Assembly (NCBI GenBank): GCA_026415415.1 | Contig: JAOAHE010000003.1 | Span: 1,624 to 65,623 of the forward strand | DNA: 64,000 nt | Source of the DNA: Thermodesulfovibrionales bacterium | Lineage (GTDB): Bacteria; Nitrospirota; Thermodesulfovibrionia; Thermodesulfovibrionales; Dissulfurispiraceae | Reading direction: 5' to 3' | Part shown: positions 1-10,149 of the stretch, in pieces | How positions within the stretch are numbered: the stretch's first letter is position 1 | Layout of the letters: every line of letters starts with the position of its first letter | The notes under the pieces: generated by a model | Seen by the model: only the letters and a program-made list of their open reading frames with translations | What the model was told of the DNA's origin: nothing | The model's database searches: none | Made by a program: the position numbers and the translations under genes

Positions 1-88
1 AAAAGAATTTACACATAAAAATTGACACTACCTTAGAAAAAGAATAGATATAGACTTTCACTAATTGATAAAAAAACTGCTCAATAAA

Positions 89-1264
89 CTATATTTTTTT
101 TAAGTATAAAACCCTATCAAGTATTTCTTTTGCTACTTCGTCTTTGTACATTAATGGTAGCTGCCTTTCAGCTAACTTATCAATTATTACAACCTCATTT
201 GTATCAACATCAAACCCTGAGCCTTCTTTTGATACATCGTTAAATACTATCATGTCCATTTTTTTGTCCTGTAATTTTCTGTATGCCCTATCAAGTCGCC
301 ATCCTGTCTCCGCAGAAAAGCCTACAATAAAAGGCCTAAACTCTAAAGTACTTAGCTGCTGAAGAATATCAACATTTTGTATTAGCTCAAGGGTTAATCC
401 TTTTGCTTTATCTATTTTTTCATAAGATACTTTTTTTGGCTTAAAGTCACAAACAGCAGATGCCATGATTAATATGGAATGTTCTTTAATATTATCCATA
501 ACAGCTTTGTACATCTCCTCAGCCGAGTTAACCCCGAGATAATTAACATTTATTGGTCTCTTTAAATTTACAGGACCGCTTATTAAAGTTACCTCTGCAC
601 CTCTTAAACTGGCGTTTTTTGCTATGGCATATCCCATCTTACCTGATGATCTATTGGAGATAAATCTAACAGGGTCGATGTATTCTCTCGTTGGTCCTGC
701 AGTAACAAGGATTTTCTCTCCTTTAAGGTCTTTTTCAGTAATAAGCGAAATAACTGTCTCTATAATCTCTTCAGGCTCAGCCATTCTGCCTATGCCTTCT
801 TCACCACATGCCAAAGCACCTTCTCTTGGTCCTACAATCTCAACATTTTGAGTCTTAAGATATTGAAGATTTTTCTGTAATGTTGAGTTACTAAACATTC
901 TCCAGTTCATAGCAGGGGCTAAAAGAATTTGCCCTTTGGAAGTAATTAACGCTGTAGTCAATAAGTTATCAGCTATACCACAGGAGAATTTGTTTATAGT
1001 ATTAGCTGTTGCGGGGGCCACAATAAATAAGTCTGCTTTCTTAGGTAATTCAATATGAGAGAAGGCATCGGCGAACATGTCATCATAGACTCTACAGCCG
1101 GTGGCAGACTCTACTAAAAGAGAAGAGACAAACTTTTTTGCAGCTTCAGTCATTATCACAAAAACTGAAGCGCCTTTTTCCGAAAGCCCTTTAATTAAGT
1201 CAATGGATTTATAAACTGCGATACTGCCTGTAAGTCCTACTAATATTGTTTTTTCCTTTAGCAC
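89..1264 (-). CDS. coaBC: Bifunctional phosphopantothenoylcysteine decarboxylase / phosphopantothenate-cysteine ligase (CoaBC, Dfp)
   Basis: 391-aa ORF. N-terminal flavoprotein decarboxylase half (ILVGLTGSIAVYKS) and C-terminal CoaB ligase half (TAGPTREYIDPVRFISNRSSGKMG). Follows rpoZ, as in many bacteria. Confidence 0.9.
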   Translation of the reverse strand: MLKEKTILVGLTGSIAVYKSIDLIKGLSEKGASVFVIMTEAAKKFVSSLLVESATGCRVYDDMFADAFSHIELPKKADLFIVAPATANTINKFSCGIADNLLTTALITSKGQILLAPAMNWRMFSNSTLQKNLQYLKTQNVEIVGPREGALACGEEGIGRMAEPEEIIETVISLITEKDLKGEKILVTAGPTREYIDPVRFISNRSSGKMGYAIAKNASLRGAEVTLISGPVNLKRPINVNYLGVNSAEEMYKAVMDNIKEHSILIMASAVCDFKPKKVSYEKIDKAKGLTLELIQNVDILQQLSTLEFRPFIVGFSAETGWRLDRAYRKLQDKKMDMIVFNDVSKEGSGFDVDTNEVVIIDKLAERQLPLMYKDEVAKEILDRVLYLKKI

Positions 1265-1285
1265 ATCGCACCAAATTAGCTGAAA

Positions 1286-1720
1286 CTATTGGATCTCTTG
1301 GTTATCAAAATCAGATATAAATTCTTCTGCGGTCCCGCTTTGTTCTGGTAAGGTTATTTCACTGAAGCCAAAATTATTTGCTTTTAACTCTTTATCTTCT
1401 TGCTCATGTAAGTATACCTTTAGCTCCTTTTCAAGCTCTGATATATCGCCGATATGTCTCTTTTTCTCTGTTAGCCACTTTCTGTAGTCAAGTTTTTCAG
1501 CTTTTTCAAGATTTTTTCTGGCATCATAGCCTGTTAAGAAATCAATCTTTCCAGTTATGGCATCTACAATGGCGTTTGTAGTGATCTTTTTGTACTTTCC
1601 CTGTCCTAATTTTGGGTCCTTTGAAAGTTCTGTTGCTCTTTGAACAGCGATTATTACGAGTCTAAAACGACTATCAATTTTCTCCTTATCAAACTCTATC
1701 GGCAGTGATATTATGTCCAT
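1286..1720 (-). CDS. rpoZ: DNA-directed RNA polymerase omega subunit with a long acidic C-terminal tail
   Basis: N-terminal omega core (SRFRLVIIAVQRATEL) and conserved gmk-rpoZ-coaBC order. About 70 extra C-terminal residues. Confidence 0.7.
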   Translation of the reverse strand: MDIISLPIEFDKEKIDSRFRLVIIAVQRATELSKDPKLGQGKYKKITTNAIVDAITGKIDFLTGYDARKNLEKAEKLDYRKWLTEKKRHIGDISELEKELKVYLHEQEDKELKANNFGFSEITLPEQSGTAEEFISDFDNQEIQ

Positions 1721-1729
1721 TCTAACTCC

Positions 1730-2341
1730 TTAAGTTAAAAAATTTTCGTTTATAAAGTTGTGATTTGCCCTTGAAACCTTCAACCTCTCCGAGGTAATAA
1801 TAGCTTTTAGTTGGGCTAATGCTTCATCAACTCTATTATTGAATATAACATAATCATAATTTCTATATTCAACTATCTCTTCTTTTGCTTTCCTAAGTCT
1901 CCTAATAATTTCATCTTCTGAGTCTGTCATTCTTCCTGCTAACCTTTCTTGAAGAGATTTCAATGATGGTGGAAGTATAAAAATTAAGACAGCTTCAGGG
2001 TATTGTTGCTTTACACTTTTGCCCCCTTGAACATCAATATCAAAAAGTAGATCAAACCCCTTCTCTAACAGTTCTTTTGTCTTTATCAAAGAGGTGCCAT
2101 AAAAATTGCCATGAACTAAAGCCCATTCAAGGAAATCGCCTCTTGTAACCATTTCTTTGAAGGTATTCTCATCAACAAAAAAGTAGTCTCTGCCATGCTC
2201 TTCTCCAGCTCTTGGTTTTCTGGTAGTAAATGAAATGGATAGTTTAATTGCAGGACATAATTCTAAGAGTTTCTTACATAGAGTTGTTTTCCCAGTGCCA
2301 GAAGGTGCAGAAATGACAAAGATTATACCTTTTCTATTCAT
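1730..2341 (-). CDS. gmk: Guanylate kinase
   Basis: P-loop SAPSGTGKTT and the TTRKPRAGEEHGRDYFFV guanylate kinase signature. 203 aa. Confidence 0.92.
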   Translation of the reverse strand: MNRKGIIFVISAPSGTGKTTLCKKLLELCPAIKLSISFTTRKPRAGEEHGRDYFFVDENTFKEMVTRGDFLEWALVHGNFYGTSLIKTKELLEKGFDLLFDIDVQGGKSVKQQYPEAVLIFILPPSLKSLQERLAGRMTDSEDEIIRRLRKAKEEIVEYRNYDYVIFNNRVDEALAQLKAIITSERLKVSRANHNFINENFLT

Positions 2342-2594
2342 TCTCTAAATTCTTAATTTCTAAAAAACGATTTAGCAATGTCTCAGTCTGAATTGCAGAT
2401 AAAATTACATGATCACTATCTGTCAGTATTATTGACCTTACTTTCTTACCCTCAGTAGCGTCTACCAATTTACCCCTATCTTTGGCTTCATCTTTGAATC
2501 TTTTTAATGCCCTTGAGCCAGGATTTAAAATGGCTATAATCCTTGCTGAGGATACAACATTGCCAAAACCGATATTGATAAAATTAATTTTCAT
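2334..2594 (-). CDS. remA: DUF370 / RemA-family small regulatory protein
   Basis: INIGFGNVV...ILNPGS...GKLVDATEGKKVRS pattern typical of RemA/DUF370. The track ORF begins at a TTG (2618) inside yicC. The ATG at 2594, just after the yicC stop (2599-2601), is the more plausible start. Confidence 0.78.
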   Translation of the reverse strand: MKINFINIGFGNVVSSARIIAILNPGSRALKRFKDEAKDRGKLVDATEGKKVRSIILTDSDHVILSAIQTETLLNRFLEIKNLENE

Positions 2595-2598
2595 AACA

Positions 2599-3450
2599 TT
2601 ACTGTAAATTCTGAGCAAGTTCCCTTAACTTCTCAACTTCACTTTTTATTTCTATGGTCTCGTTAATTATGTCTATAATGTCTGTTTTGGATGCCAAAGT
2701 ATTGACTTCTCTTAAGATCTCCTGAAGAAGAAAATCAAGTTTTCTACCCACTGCATCTTCCACTTTAATGGTATGGCAGAACTTATCTATGTGGCTTTGA
2801 AGCCTAATTATTTCTTCATTAATGTCTGTTCTCTGAGCTAAAAAGGCTATCTCTTGATACAACCTAATCTCATCTAATGGTAAATTGGATAAATTTTGCT
2901 TAATTTTTTTGGTAAGGTTTTCTTTTTGGATCTCAGCATTTTTGATGAATAAATCTTTTATTTTTTCATATCTATCTCTGATACTATTAATTAAAGCTTG
3001 GGTATTTTTCAGTATCGCTTCACCGTCATGAACTCTCATCTCATAAAGTTTCTCTATAGCTGACTTAACAGTATTTAAAACTACATCCTTATTATACTCA
3101 GACTGCTCTAGAAGTATTACATCACGAAAGTTTAGTAAAGAATTAATATCTAATTTACCCTTTAATCCTAACTCTTTTTTTAGATCTTGCAAAGCAAGAT
3201 AGAGTTCTTTTGCAAACTCCTTATCGACAGTAAATCTGTTTTTATCTTTACCAGCGAAGGTTATTGTTACATCAATTTTGCCTCTTTGAAACTTGGATTT
3301 GATTAAATTTCTTATCGTTAAATCGTGTTCCATTAAAAAGTGAGGCATTTTTAGAGATATTTCTATGTACCTATGGTTCAATGATCTTATCTCAACCTTT
3401 AAGCCCTCTGCCTCAGCAGAGCCGAACCCTGTCATACTCTGAATCAACAC
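2599..3450 (-). CDS. yicC: YicC-family stress-induced protein
   Basis: MTGFG N-terminus, EIRSLNHRY motif, and C-terminal LREVNTLASK (YicC_N plus DUF1732 architecture). 283 aa. Confidence 0.85.
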   Translation of the reverse strand: MLIQSMTGFGSAEAEGLKVEIRSLNHRYIEISLKMPHFLMEHDLTIRNLIKSKFQRGKIDVTITFAGKDKNRFTVDKEFAKELYLALQDLKKELGLKGKLDINSLLNFRDVILLEQSEYNKDVVLNTVKSAIEKLYEMRVHDGEAILKNTQALINSIRDRYEKIKDLFIKNAEIQKENLTKKIKQNLSNLPLDEIRLYQEIAFLAQRTDINEEIIRLQSHIDKFCHTIKVEDAVGRKLDFLLQEILREVNTLASKTDIIDIINETIEIKSEVEKLRELAQNLQ

Positions 3451-4316
3451 TTAACCTCTGCTTTTTTAAGGTATTTATTATAAAATATTTCACCTAAAAC
3501 TATAGAAATCAGTAATAAAAATATACCGCCTAATACATCAACTACATAGTGATATCTACAGTAGACCGTTGCTAATATTAAGAGAATTATAGGCACAAGC
3601 AAGATCCAGAATAGCTTTCTTACATATAAAAAAGAAAGAAGCAGCACCATTAAAGATATACCCGTATGCCCACTTGGAAAAGCATTTCTTTTTATCCCCT
3701 CTAAGATATTTAAAAAATTATGTATATAGTCAGCTACTAAGAAACCTTTAAAGTCCGATTCATACAAATGAGCCATCGCATAACGAGGACCTAAGGCTGG
3801 GAAGAATAAATATCCTATAAAAGATATGTAGAAACATAGCATGATAAGAAAAAGAGATTTTTCAAATTCTTGTTGCCTTTTATTTATTTTTAAGGCGATT
3901 CCCAAGGAAATTGGTAGAAAGTAATATGTTGAATAGGCTAACTGTAAGATGTCTGAAAGAAGTGGGTTATATATTTTTTCTATAGCAATGGTTGGATGTA
4001 CTCCAAAAAGAAGAAAGTCCAATCTAATTAAAAGATAATCAATATCTTGTGGATTTACATTATAAACAATCAACTCCAGTGTATCAAAAGTAATAAAGAT
4101 GCTCAATGTTGGGAAAACAAAGTCTCTTATGTTTTTTAATATTGAGTTCATAAAGCAAAGCTTAACCAAGGTTGCTTGAAATAGAATCATTGAAGCATAA
4201 AGGAAAATAAGATACTTTGCTGACGGAATGTCTTTGTAGTGAAAGAAGGTTATAAGCATTAGTAAAAGACAAAACAATATATTTAAACTGTCAGCTGGTC
4301 TAAAATTCTGTTTCAT
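3444..4316 (-). CDS. PAP2-superfamily membrane phosphatase
   Basis: Multi-TM 290-aa ORF with PSGH and RYHYVVDVLGG acid-phosphatase motifs. Substrate unknown. Confidence 0.65.
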   Translation of the reverse strand: MKQNFRPADSLNILFCLLLMLITFFHYKDIPSAKYLIFLYASMILFQATLVKLCFMNSILKNIRDFVFPTLSIFITFDTLELIVYNVNPQDIDYLLIRLDFLLFGVHPTIAIEKIYNPLLSDILQLAYSTYYFLPISLGIALKINKRQQEFEKSLFLIMLCFYISFIGYLFFPALGPRYAMAHLYESDFKGFLVADYIHNFLNILEGIKRNAFPSGHTGISLMVLLLSFLYVRKLFWILLVPIILLILATVYCRYHYVVDVLGGIFLLLISIVLGEIFYNKYLKKAEVKC

Positions 4317-4349
4317 TTTAGAAAATAATACTGAAATATAGATAAGAGA

Positions 4350-6677
4350 TTATGATTTACTAAAGGTAGTGTCAGAGTGCTGTCGTTCCTCTTTATATTT
4401 GCAATTTTTATTTAGGCAGAAACTAACAATCTTACCAGCTTTATCTACTTTTTCAGCAATTAATCCTGAATTACATACCGGACACTCGTTTGAGATTGGT
4501 TTATACCAGGTAGCAAATTTACATTGCGGATAGTTGCTACAACTCCAAAAAACCTTACCTTTCTTACTCTTTCTTTCTACTATGTCACCTCCATCTAAGG
4601 GACATTTCAAGCCAGTCAATAACGGTTTAACACTTTTACAGTCAGGATAGTTAGGACACGCAAGAAATTTACCAAAACGCCCTTTCTTAATGACCATAGG
4701 TTGTTGACATTTAGGACATATTTCATTGCTTAATTGAGTTTCTCTATCTGTATTTTTAGCATCTGAAGTAAACTGTTTGGTGTTCTTGCATTCTGGATAC
4801 GCAGAACAGGCAAGGAATCGGCCATGTTTACCCCACCTATTAACCATAAGGCTTCCACATTTCTCACAGGTTAAATCTGTGGGTATATCCTCTGGCTTTA
4901 CTTTACCTGTGGCTTTGATTGCTTTGTCTAACTCATTTTTAAAGGGATAATAAAAATCTCTAACTACCTCAACCCAGTTCATGCGAGAAGCTTCTATTTC
5001 ATCAAGATTATTCTCCATTTTAGCCGTAAACCCTATGTCCATAAGGTCAGGAAATTTCTCAACTAATAGATCACTTACTATAAATCCAAGCTCAGTGGGA
5101 GTAAACTTTCCATCTTCTTTATGAACATATTTTCTATCTTGTATAGTTGATAAAATAGTTGCATAGGTGCTCGGTCGTCCTATGCCGTTTTCTTCTAAAG
5201 CTTTGATTAAACTTGCCTCGGTATATTTTGGAGGTGGTTGAGTAAAATGTTGAATGCGCTCAATATCCAATAAGCCCAAAGACTCACCTTCTGTCATTTG
5301 AGGAAGTATTCCTTCTTCTTCGGAGGTTTCTTCATTTGTTTCTGTATAGAGCTGCATGAACCCTGGAAATCTAATTACAGTACCTGTTGTTCTAAACTCT
5401 GTGTTTGCTAAATCTTCACCTTGCTCGGGCTCAATTATAAATGTTGTTTGTTCAAGTCTTGCGGGCGCCATCTGACTTGCAATAAACCTATTCCAAATAA
5501 GTGAATAAAGAATGAATTGATCTTTTGTTAAGTAAGGCTTTACTGTATCAGGTGGCTTATCAGAATAAGTAGGTCTAATAGCTTCATGAGCTTCTTGAGC
5601 GTTAGACTTGTTTTTATATTTTGGAGGTTTATCAGGTAGATATTCTTTTCCAAATTTTGCTTTGATGTAATCTCGTGCCCATTTTTGAGCTTCTTGAGCA
5701 ATATTAAAAGAGTCGGTCCTCATGTAAGTTATTAGTCCTAAGGATCCCTCTTTGCCTATTTCAATACCCTCATATAGTTCCTGAGCCAATTTCATAGTTT
5801 TTTTGGCAGGAAACTTAAATTTTTTAGCTGCTTCTTGTTGCAATGTGCTTGTTACAAAAGGTGGAGAAGGGGATTTTTTCTTAAGTTTTTTTTCTATTTT
5901 AGAGATTCTGTAATTTCTATCCTTAAGAGAGTTTAGGATTTCATCAGCTGTTTTTATATCTTTGATGAGGAACCTATCTTTGCTCTTTGCATCTCTATTT
6001 ACTACAAGTGAGCTTTTATATTTATAAAGTTTTGCTCTAAATTGAGGTGGTGGGGCTGATATGTCTGATACTAAAAGAGACTGAAATAGGGCTTCAATTG
6101 TCCAATATTCTTCTTTTTCAAAAGAAAGTATCTCTCTTTCTCTATCAACAATAAGTCTCAGAGCTACTGACTGGACTCTACCTGCACTTAAGCCTCTTTT
6201 AACCTTTCTCCAAAGAAAGGGGCTTAAGTTGTATCCAACCAATCTATCAAGAATCCTCCTTGCCTGTTGAGCGTATACTTTATCATTGTCTATTGAGCCA
6301 GGATTTTTTATAGACTCCAATACGGCTCTTTCAGTTATCTCATGGAAGGTGATCCTATAAATCTTTTTTGATTTTTTAGTTCTTTTGATCTCCTCAGCTA
6401 TATGATAGGCAATAGCCTCACCCTCTCTGTCAGGATCTGTTGCAAGATATACAGATTCAACATTTTTTGCAAATCTTCTTAACTCATTTAAAACTTTTTC
6501 TTTACCTGGTATCACAACATAATGAGGTTTAAAGTTATTGTCAACTTCTACGCCCAGTTCATTGCTTGGCAGGTCCATTACATGCCCAATTGATGCTTTG
6601 ATATCGTAGTTCTTGCCTAATATCTTACTTAAAGTTTTTGCTTTAGCTGGTGACTCAACAATTACAAGTGATTTCAA
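4350..6677 (-). CDS. topA: DNA topoisomerase I
   Basis: Toprim start LVIVESPAKAKT, DPDREGE, active-site tyrosine motif ITYMRTDS, and several C-terminal CxxC...CxxC zinc ribbons. 775 aa. Confidence 0.95.
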   Translation of the reverse strand: MKSLVIVESPAKAKTLSKILGKNYDIKASIGHVMDLPSNELGVEVDNNFKPHYVVIPGKEKVLNELRRFAKNVESVYLATDPDREGEAIAYHIAEEIKRTKKSKKIYRITFHEITERAVLESIKNPGSIDNDKVYAQQARRILDRLVGYNLSPFLWRKVKRGLSAGRVQSVALRLIVDREREILSFEKEEYWTIEALFQSLLVSDISAPPPQFRAKLYKYKSSLVVNRDAKSKDRFLIKDIKTADEILNSLKDRNYRISKIEKKLKKKSPSPPFVTSTLQQEAAKKFKFPAKKTMKLAQELYEGIEIGKEGSLGLITYMRTDSFNIAQEAQKWARDYIKAKFGKEYLPDKPPKYKNKSNAQEAHEAIRPTYSDKPPDTVKPYLTKDQFILYSLIWNRFIASQMAPARLEQTTFIIEPEQGEDLANTEFRTTGTVIRFPGFMQLYTETNEETSEEEGILPQMTEGESLGLLDIERIQHFTQPPPKYTEASLIKALEENGIGRPSTYATILSTIQDRKYVHKEDGKFTPTELGFIVSDLLVEKFPDLMDIGFTAKMENNLDEIEASRMNWVEVVRDFYYPFKNELDKAIKATGKVKPEDIPTDLTCEKCGSLMVNRWGKHGRFLACSAYPECKNTKQFTSDAKNTDRETQLSNEICPKCQQPMVIKKGRFGKFLACPNYPDCKSVKPLLTGLKCPLDGGDIVERKSKKGKVFWSCSNYPQCKFATWYKPISNECPVCNSGLIAEKVDKAGKIVSFCLNKNCKYKEERQHSDTTFSKS

Positions 6678-6687
6678 GAATACCTCA

Positions 6688-6972
6688 CTAATTCCAAACT
6701 ATTTGTCTTCCATTACTAAAAACGAAAGAATATATTTCGTCAATATCAAGATCTGTATCATTTATAAGAATATAGGCAAGAAGTATTCTAATTGTATCTA
6801 ACTCAAGCTCATCTATGGAGTTTGTTAGCTCAAGCTCCAGCAAGTCTTCATTTAAGGTGGTGAAATCCATATCAAATATGCTTATCTTTTTAAGAGCGTA
6901 ATCAATTTCGTATCCTTGCTCTAAAAGTTCTTTTGCAAATACTCTTAATATATCTATTAACCGTTTTGCCAA
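6688..6972 (-). CDS. Small, very acidic hypothetical protein between dprA and topA
   Basis: 94-aa D/E/L-rich ORF tightly packed between the dprA stop (7006) and the topA start (6677). No family recognised. It occupies the slot that smg (DUF494) occupies next to smf/dprA in enterobacteria. Confidence 0.4.
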   Translation of the reverse strand: MAKRLIDILRVFAKELLEQGYEIDYALKKISIFDMDFTTLNEDLLELELTNSIDELELDTIRILLAYILINDTDLDIDEIYSFVFSNGRQIVWN

Positions 6973-7005
6973 ATTTACACCTCAACTTAAAATTTTGCAC
7001 AAATT

Positions 7006-8124
7006 CTATATTATACAATATTTATTCCCCTCTGTCTGCCTAATGAGTCCTTTTATCTCTAATTGTAGTAATAATTCATATAATTTACCAGTAGTAAGGT
7101 TGTTAAGTTTTCTTGTTAAGGTATCAATGTGTACAACCTCGTTGCCAATGATACTTATAATATCTTTTTCATCTTCACTTATGTCAGGCTGAGATAAAGT
7201 ACTTGTTGTTTTTTTCTCAAAAAGTCTTAAGTTATACTCTTTGTAATTAGCAAGATGAGGCTTTAACTCATCCAAGATATCTTCTACCGTTTGAACCAAC
7301 TTTGCTCCTTTTTTGATAAGCTCATTAGTTCCATAAGAGCTTTTTGATGTAATATTGCCTGGCACGGCAAAAACATCTTTATTTTGTTCCAAAGCATAAT
7401 TAGCTGTTATAAGTGAACCGCTCTCTTTTGTTGCCTCTATCACTAAAACCCCTAAGGATAAACCACTAATTAATCTGTTTCGCCGCGGGAAGTTTTCTTT
7501 GTTAGGTGGTGTTCCAAGTGGAAACTCACTTAAAACACATCCATTATTTTGTAATGCCTTAAAGAGCTCCTTATTTTCATAAGGATAAGGCTTATCAAGC
7601 CCTGAACCAAGAACAGCTATACTCCGTCCTCCTACTTTAATGGCGGCTCTATGAGATACTGCATCAATTCCCCTTGCCATACCACTAATAATTGTTATGC
7701 CATAAGAAGCAAGTTCTGAAGATAGTTTAGTTGCAACTCTGTTTCCATATTCAGTCATTAACCTTGAGCCAACTATAGCGATAGAGTATTTATCTTCTGG
7801 TCTTAAACTACCTATATAATAGAGAATCATAGGTGGTAAATCTATATGTTTTAGAGGCTCAGGGTATTCTTTATCAACAAAGGTTACTATTTTTATCTGT
7901 AGCCTTTTTATTTTTTCTATCTCCTTATCTATTGAATCCCACTCGTTGAAAGCTTTTATATTTTGTGCCTGCCCTTCTTTTAGGATATTATTTAACTTTG
8001 CAAAGTCTGCTTTAAATATCATCTCAGGTGTATTAAATATGTTTAGTAGTTTTTTTACCGATGCAGGACCAATATTTTTAACTTTTGTTAAGGCAAGCCA
8101 ATATTTAATATCAGTATCGCTCAT
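7006..8124 (-). CDS. dprA: DNA processing protein DprA (Smf)
   Basis: IVGSRLMTEYG, SGMARGIDAVSH, VLGSGLDKPYPYEN Rossmann-like DprA motifs plus a C-terminal winged-helix tail. 372 aa. Confidence 0.9.
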   Translation of the reverse strand: MSDTDIKYWLALTKVKNIGPASVKKLLNIFNTPEMIFKADFAKLNNILKEGQAQNIKAFNEWDSIDKEIEKIKRLQIKIVTFVDKEYPEPLKHIDLPPMILYYIGSLRPEDKYSIAIVGSRLMTEYGNRVATKLSSELASYGITIISGMARGIDAVSHRAAIKVGGRSIAVLGSGLDKPYPYENKELFKALQNNGCVLSEFPLGTPPNKENFPRRNRLISGLSLGVLVIEATKESGSLITANYALEQNKDVFAVPGNITSKSSYGTNELIKKGAKLVQTVEDILDELKPHLANYKEYNLRLFEKKTTSTLSQPDISEDEKDIISIIGNEVVHIDTLTRKLNNLTTGKLYELLLQLEIKGLIRQTEGNKYCII

Positions 8125-8138
8125 TACAAAGTCCTGCT

Positions 8139-9338
8139 TTAGCTATCTTGAGTAAGGGAACTTTTAGTTCTTAGTCTTAAGGCATTTAACTTTATGAAAC
8201 CTTCAGCATCTTTTTGATCAAAGACTTTATCGGCTTCAAAAGTAGCCAGCTGCTGATTATACAAAGAGTTAGGAGATTTTCTGCCTACAACAAAACAGTT
8301 TCCTTTATATAGTTTTAGCCTTACTGTTCCATTAACATCTTTTTGGATAGAATCTATAGCTGCTTGTAACATCTGCCTTTCAGGTGAAAACCAGTAACCA
8401 TAATATATAAGCTCAGAATACTTAGGTATTAGAGAGTCTCTTAAATGCAGAACCTCTCTATCCAAAGTAATAGACTCTATAGCTCTATGAGCAATATGTA
8501 ATACAGTTCCTGCAGGTGTCTCATAAACACCTCTGGACTTAATCCCTACATATCTATTTTCAACTAAATCTACTCTACCGATACCATTTGCACCAGCCAC
8601 TTTGTTAAGGGTTTCAAATAGTTCCACAGGATCCATTATCTTGTCGTTAAAGCCGATTGGATTTCCACCTTTATAGTGTAGCTCTATATAGATGGGTTTA
8701 TCTGGGGCTTTCTCTGGAGGTGTGATCATTGTATACATATCATCAGGTGGTTCCGCCCATATATCTTCAAGAATGCCACCTTCATAACTTATATGAAAGA
8801 TATTTCTATCAGTACTGTAAGGTTTTTCAACAGTTACAGGAACAGGAATGCCATGTTTTTTTGCATACTCAATCAGTGCCCTTCTTGAATCGAAGCTCCA
8901 TTGACGCCAAGGGCTTATAACCTTTATGTTAGGCTGAAGGGTGTAGTAGGTTAGCTCAAACCTTACTTGATCGTTACCTTTACCAGTGGCACCATGAGCA
9001 ACCGCATCAGCTCCTTCCTTTAGGGCTATTTCTATCTGTTTTTTAGCTATTAAAGGGCGTGCTATGGAGGTGCCAAGTAGATATGCTCCTTCATAAACAG
9101 CATTCGCTCTAAGCATAGGGAATATATATTGAGTAATAAATTCTTCTCTAACATCTTCAAGATAAACCTTTGAAGCTCCAGTTCTTAAAGCTTTTTCTTT
9201 TATCTGATCTAATTCCTCCTCTTGTCCAAGATTAGCACAAAAGGCTATCACTTCAGCATTATAAGTTTCTATAAGCCACTTTATAACAACCGACGTATCA
9301 AGCCCACCTGAATAGGCAAGAACAATTTTTTTTACCAT
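8139..9338 (-). CDS. argG: Argininosuccinate synthase
   Basis: [12 protein letters not shown]-PPase motif and [13 protein letters not shown]. 399 aa, type I length. Confidence 0.95.
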   Translation of the reverse strand: MVKKIVLAYSGGLDTSVVIKWLIETYNAEVIAFCANLGQEEELDQIKEKALRTGASKVYLEDVREEFITQYIFPMLRANAVYEGAYLLGTSIARPLIAKKQIEIALKEGADAVAHGATGKGNDQVRFELTYYTLQPNIKVISPWRQWSFDSRRALIEYAKKHGIPVPVTVEKPYSTDRNIFHISYEGGILEDIWAEPPDDMYTMITPPEKAPDKPIYIELHYKGGNPIGFNDKIMDPVELFETLNKVAGANGIGRVDLVENRYVGIKSRGVYETPAGTVLHIAHRAIESITLDREVLHLRDSLIPKYSELIYYGYWFSPERQMLQAAIDSIQKDVNGTVRLKLYKGNCFVVGRKSPNSLYNQQLATFEADKVFDQKDAEGFIKLNALRLRTKSSLTQDS

Positions 9339-9630
9339 TCACTCCTCCATTACTTAATTTGTGGTGTGGTATTTAAAATGCAATATTCCTTATCAATCAG
9401 TCAATAGGTTAATAAGTGGTAGGTAAAAATATGAGAGCTTATAATACCCTCAATATAGTAAAGTAAATAAGAAGAAAGATTTTTAGCTAATTAAAAATTT
9501 TGCTTATAGCATATTTATATCTCTATAAAGCCATTTTGAATATTATATTAAATAATTGAACAGAGACTTAAAAAGAGAATATAATCTTATTGAATGATTT
9601 AAAATAAAAAATTTCAGATATTTATTAATA

Positions 9631-10149
9631 ATGTCTAAAAAGGTTTTTCTGTACCAAAATGACCCTTTTGAGATCCTTGCTTATTTTGAAGGCAGTTTTT
9701 TAATTAGACTGACTTTCCTTAGTTTTAATAGAAATTTTCTTAATCATCATAAAGAAATGAATTCAAAAAAATTAGATGAACATTTTCTCTTTTTAAAAGA
9801 AAAATTAGATTTATTTTTTAAAGGTAGACTTAAGCATTTAGATATACCTTTTAAAGTTATATCAGGGAGTAATTTTGAAAAAAAAGTATGGTTTGCCTTA
9901 CAAGAAATCCCTTATGGTGAGACTAAAACATATAAATGGCTTGCTCAAAAGATTGGACATCCCAAATCCTACAGGGCAGTTGGAAATGCCCTCTGTAAAA
10001 ATCCTTTACCTTTAATCTTACCATGTCATAGAGTAATAGGATCTAATGGTTTGCTTCGTGGTTTTTCGGGTGGAGTTGCTATAAAGAAGTTCTTAATTGA
10101 ACACGAAATAAGTTACTGCGACTACTTCAACCTTTTAGAGTTTCCATAA
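9631..10149 (+). CDS. ogt: Methylated-DNA-protein-cysteine methyltransferase
   Basis: Active-site PCHRVIGSNG preceded by IPYGETKTYKWLA. 172 aa. Confidence 0.85.
   Translation: MSKKVFLYQNDPFEILAYFEGSFLIRLTFLSFNRNFLNHHKEMNSKKLDEHFLFLKEKLDLFFKGRLKHLDIPFKVISGSNFEKKVWFALQEIPYGETKTYKWLAQKIGHPKSYRAVGNALCKNPLPLILPCHRVIGSNGLLRGFSGGVAIKKFLIEHEISYCDYFNLLEFP

Noticed and set aside
2595-2618. TTG-initiated extension of the remA-like ORF overlapping yicC.
   Set aside because: The family sequence begins at MKINFINIGFGN (ATG 2594). The extension would overlap the yicC stop region and adds non-conserved residues.
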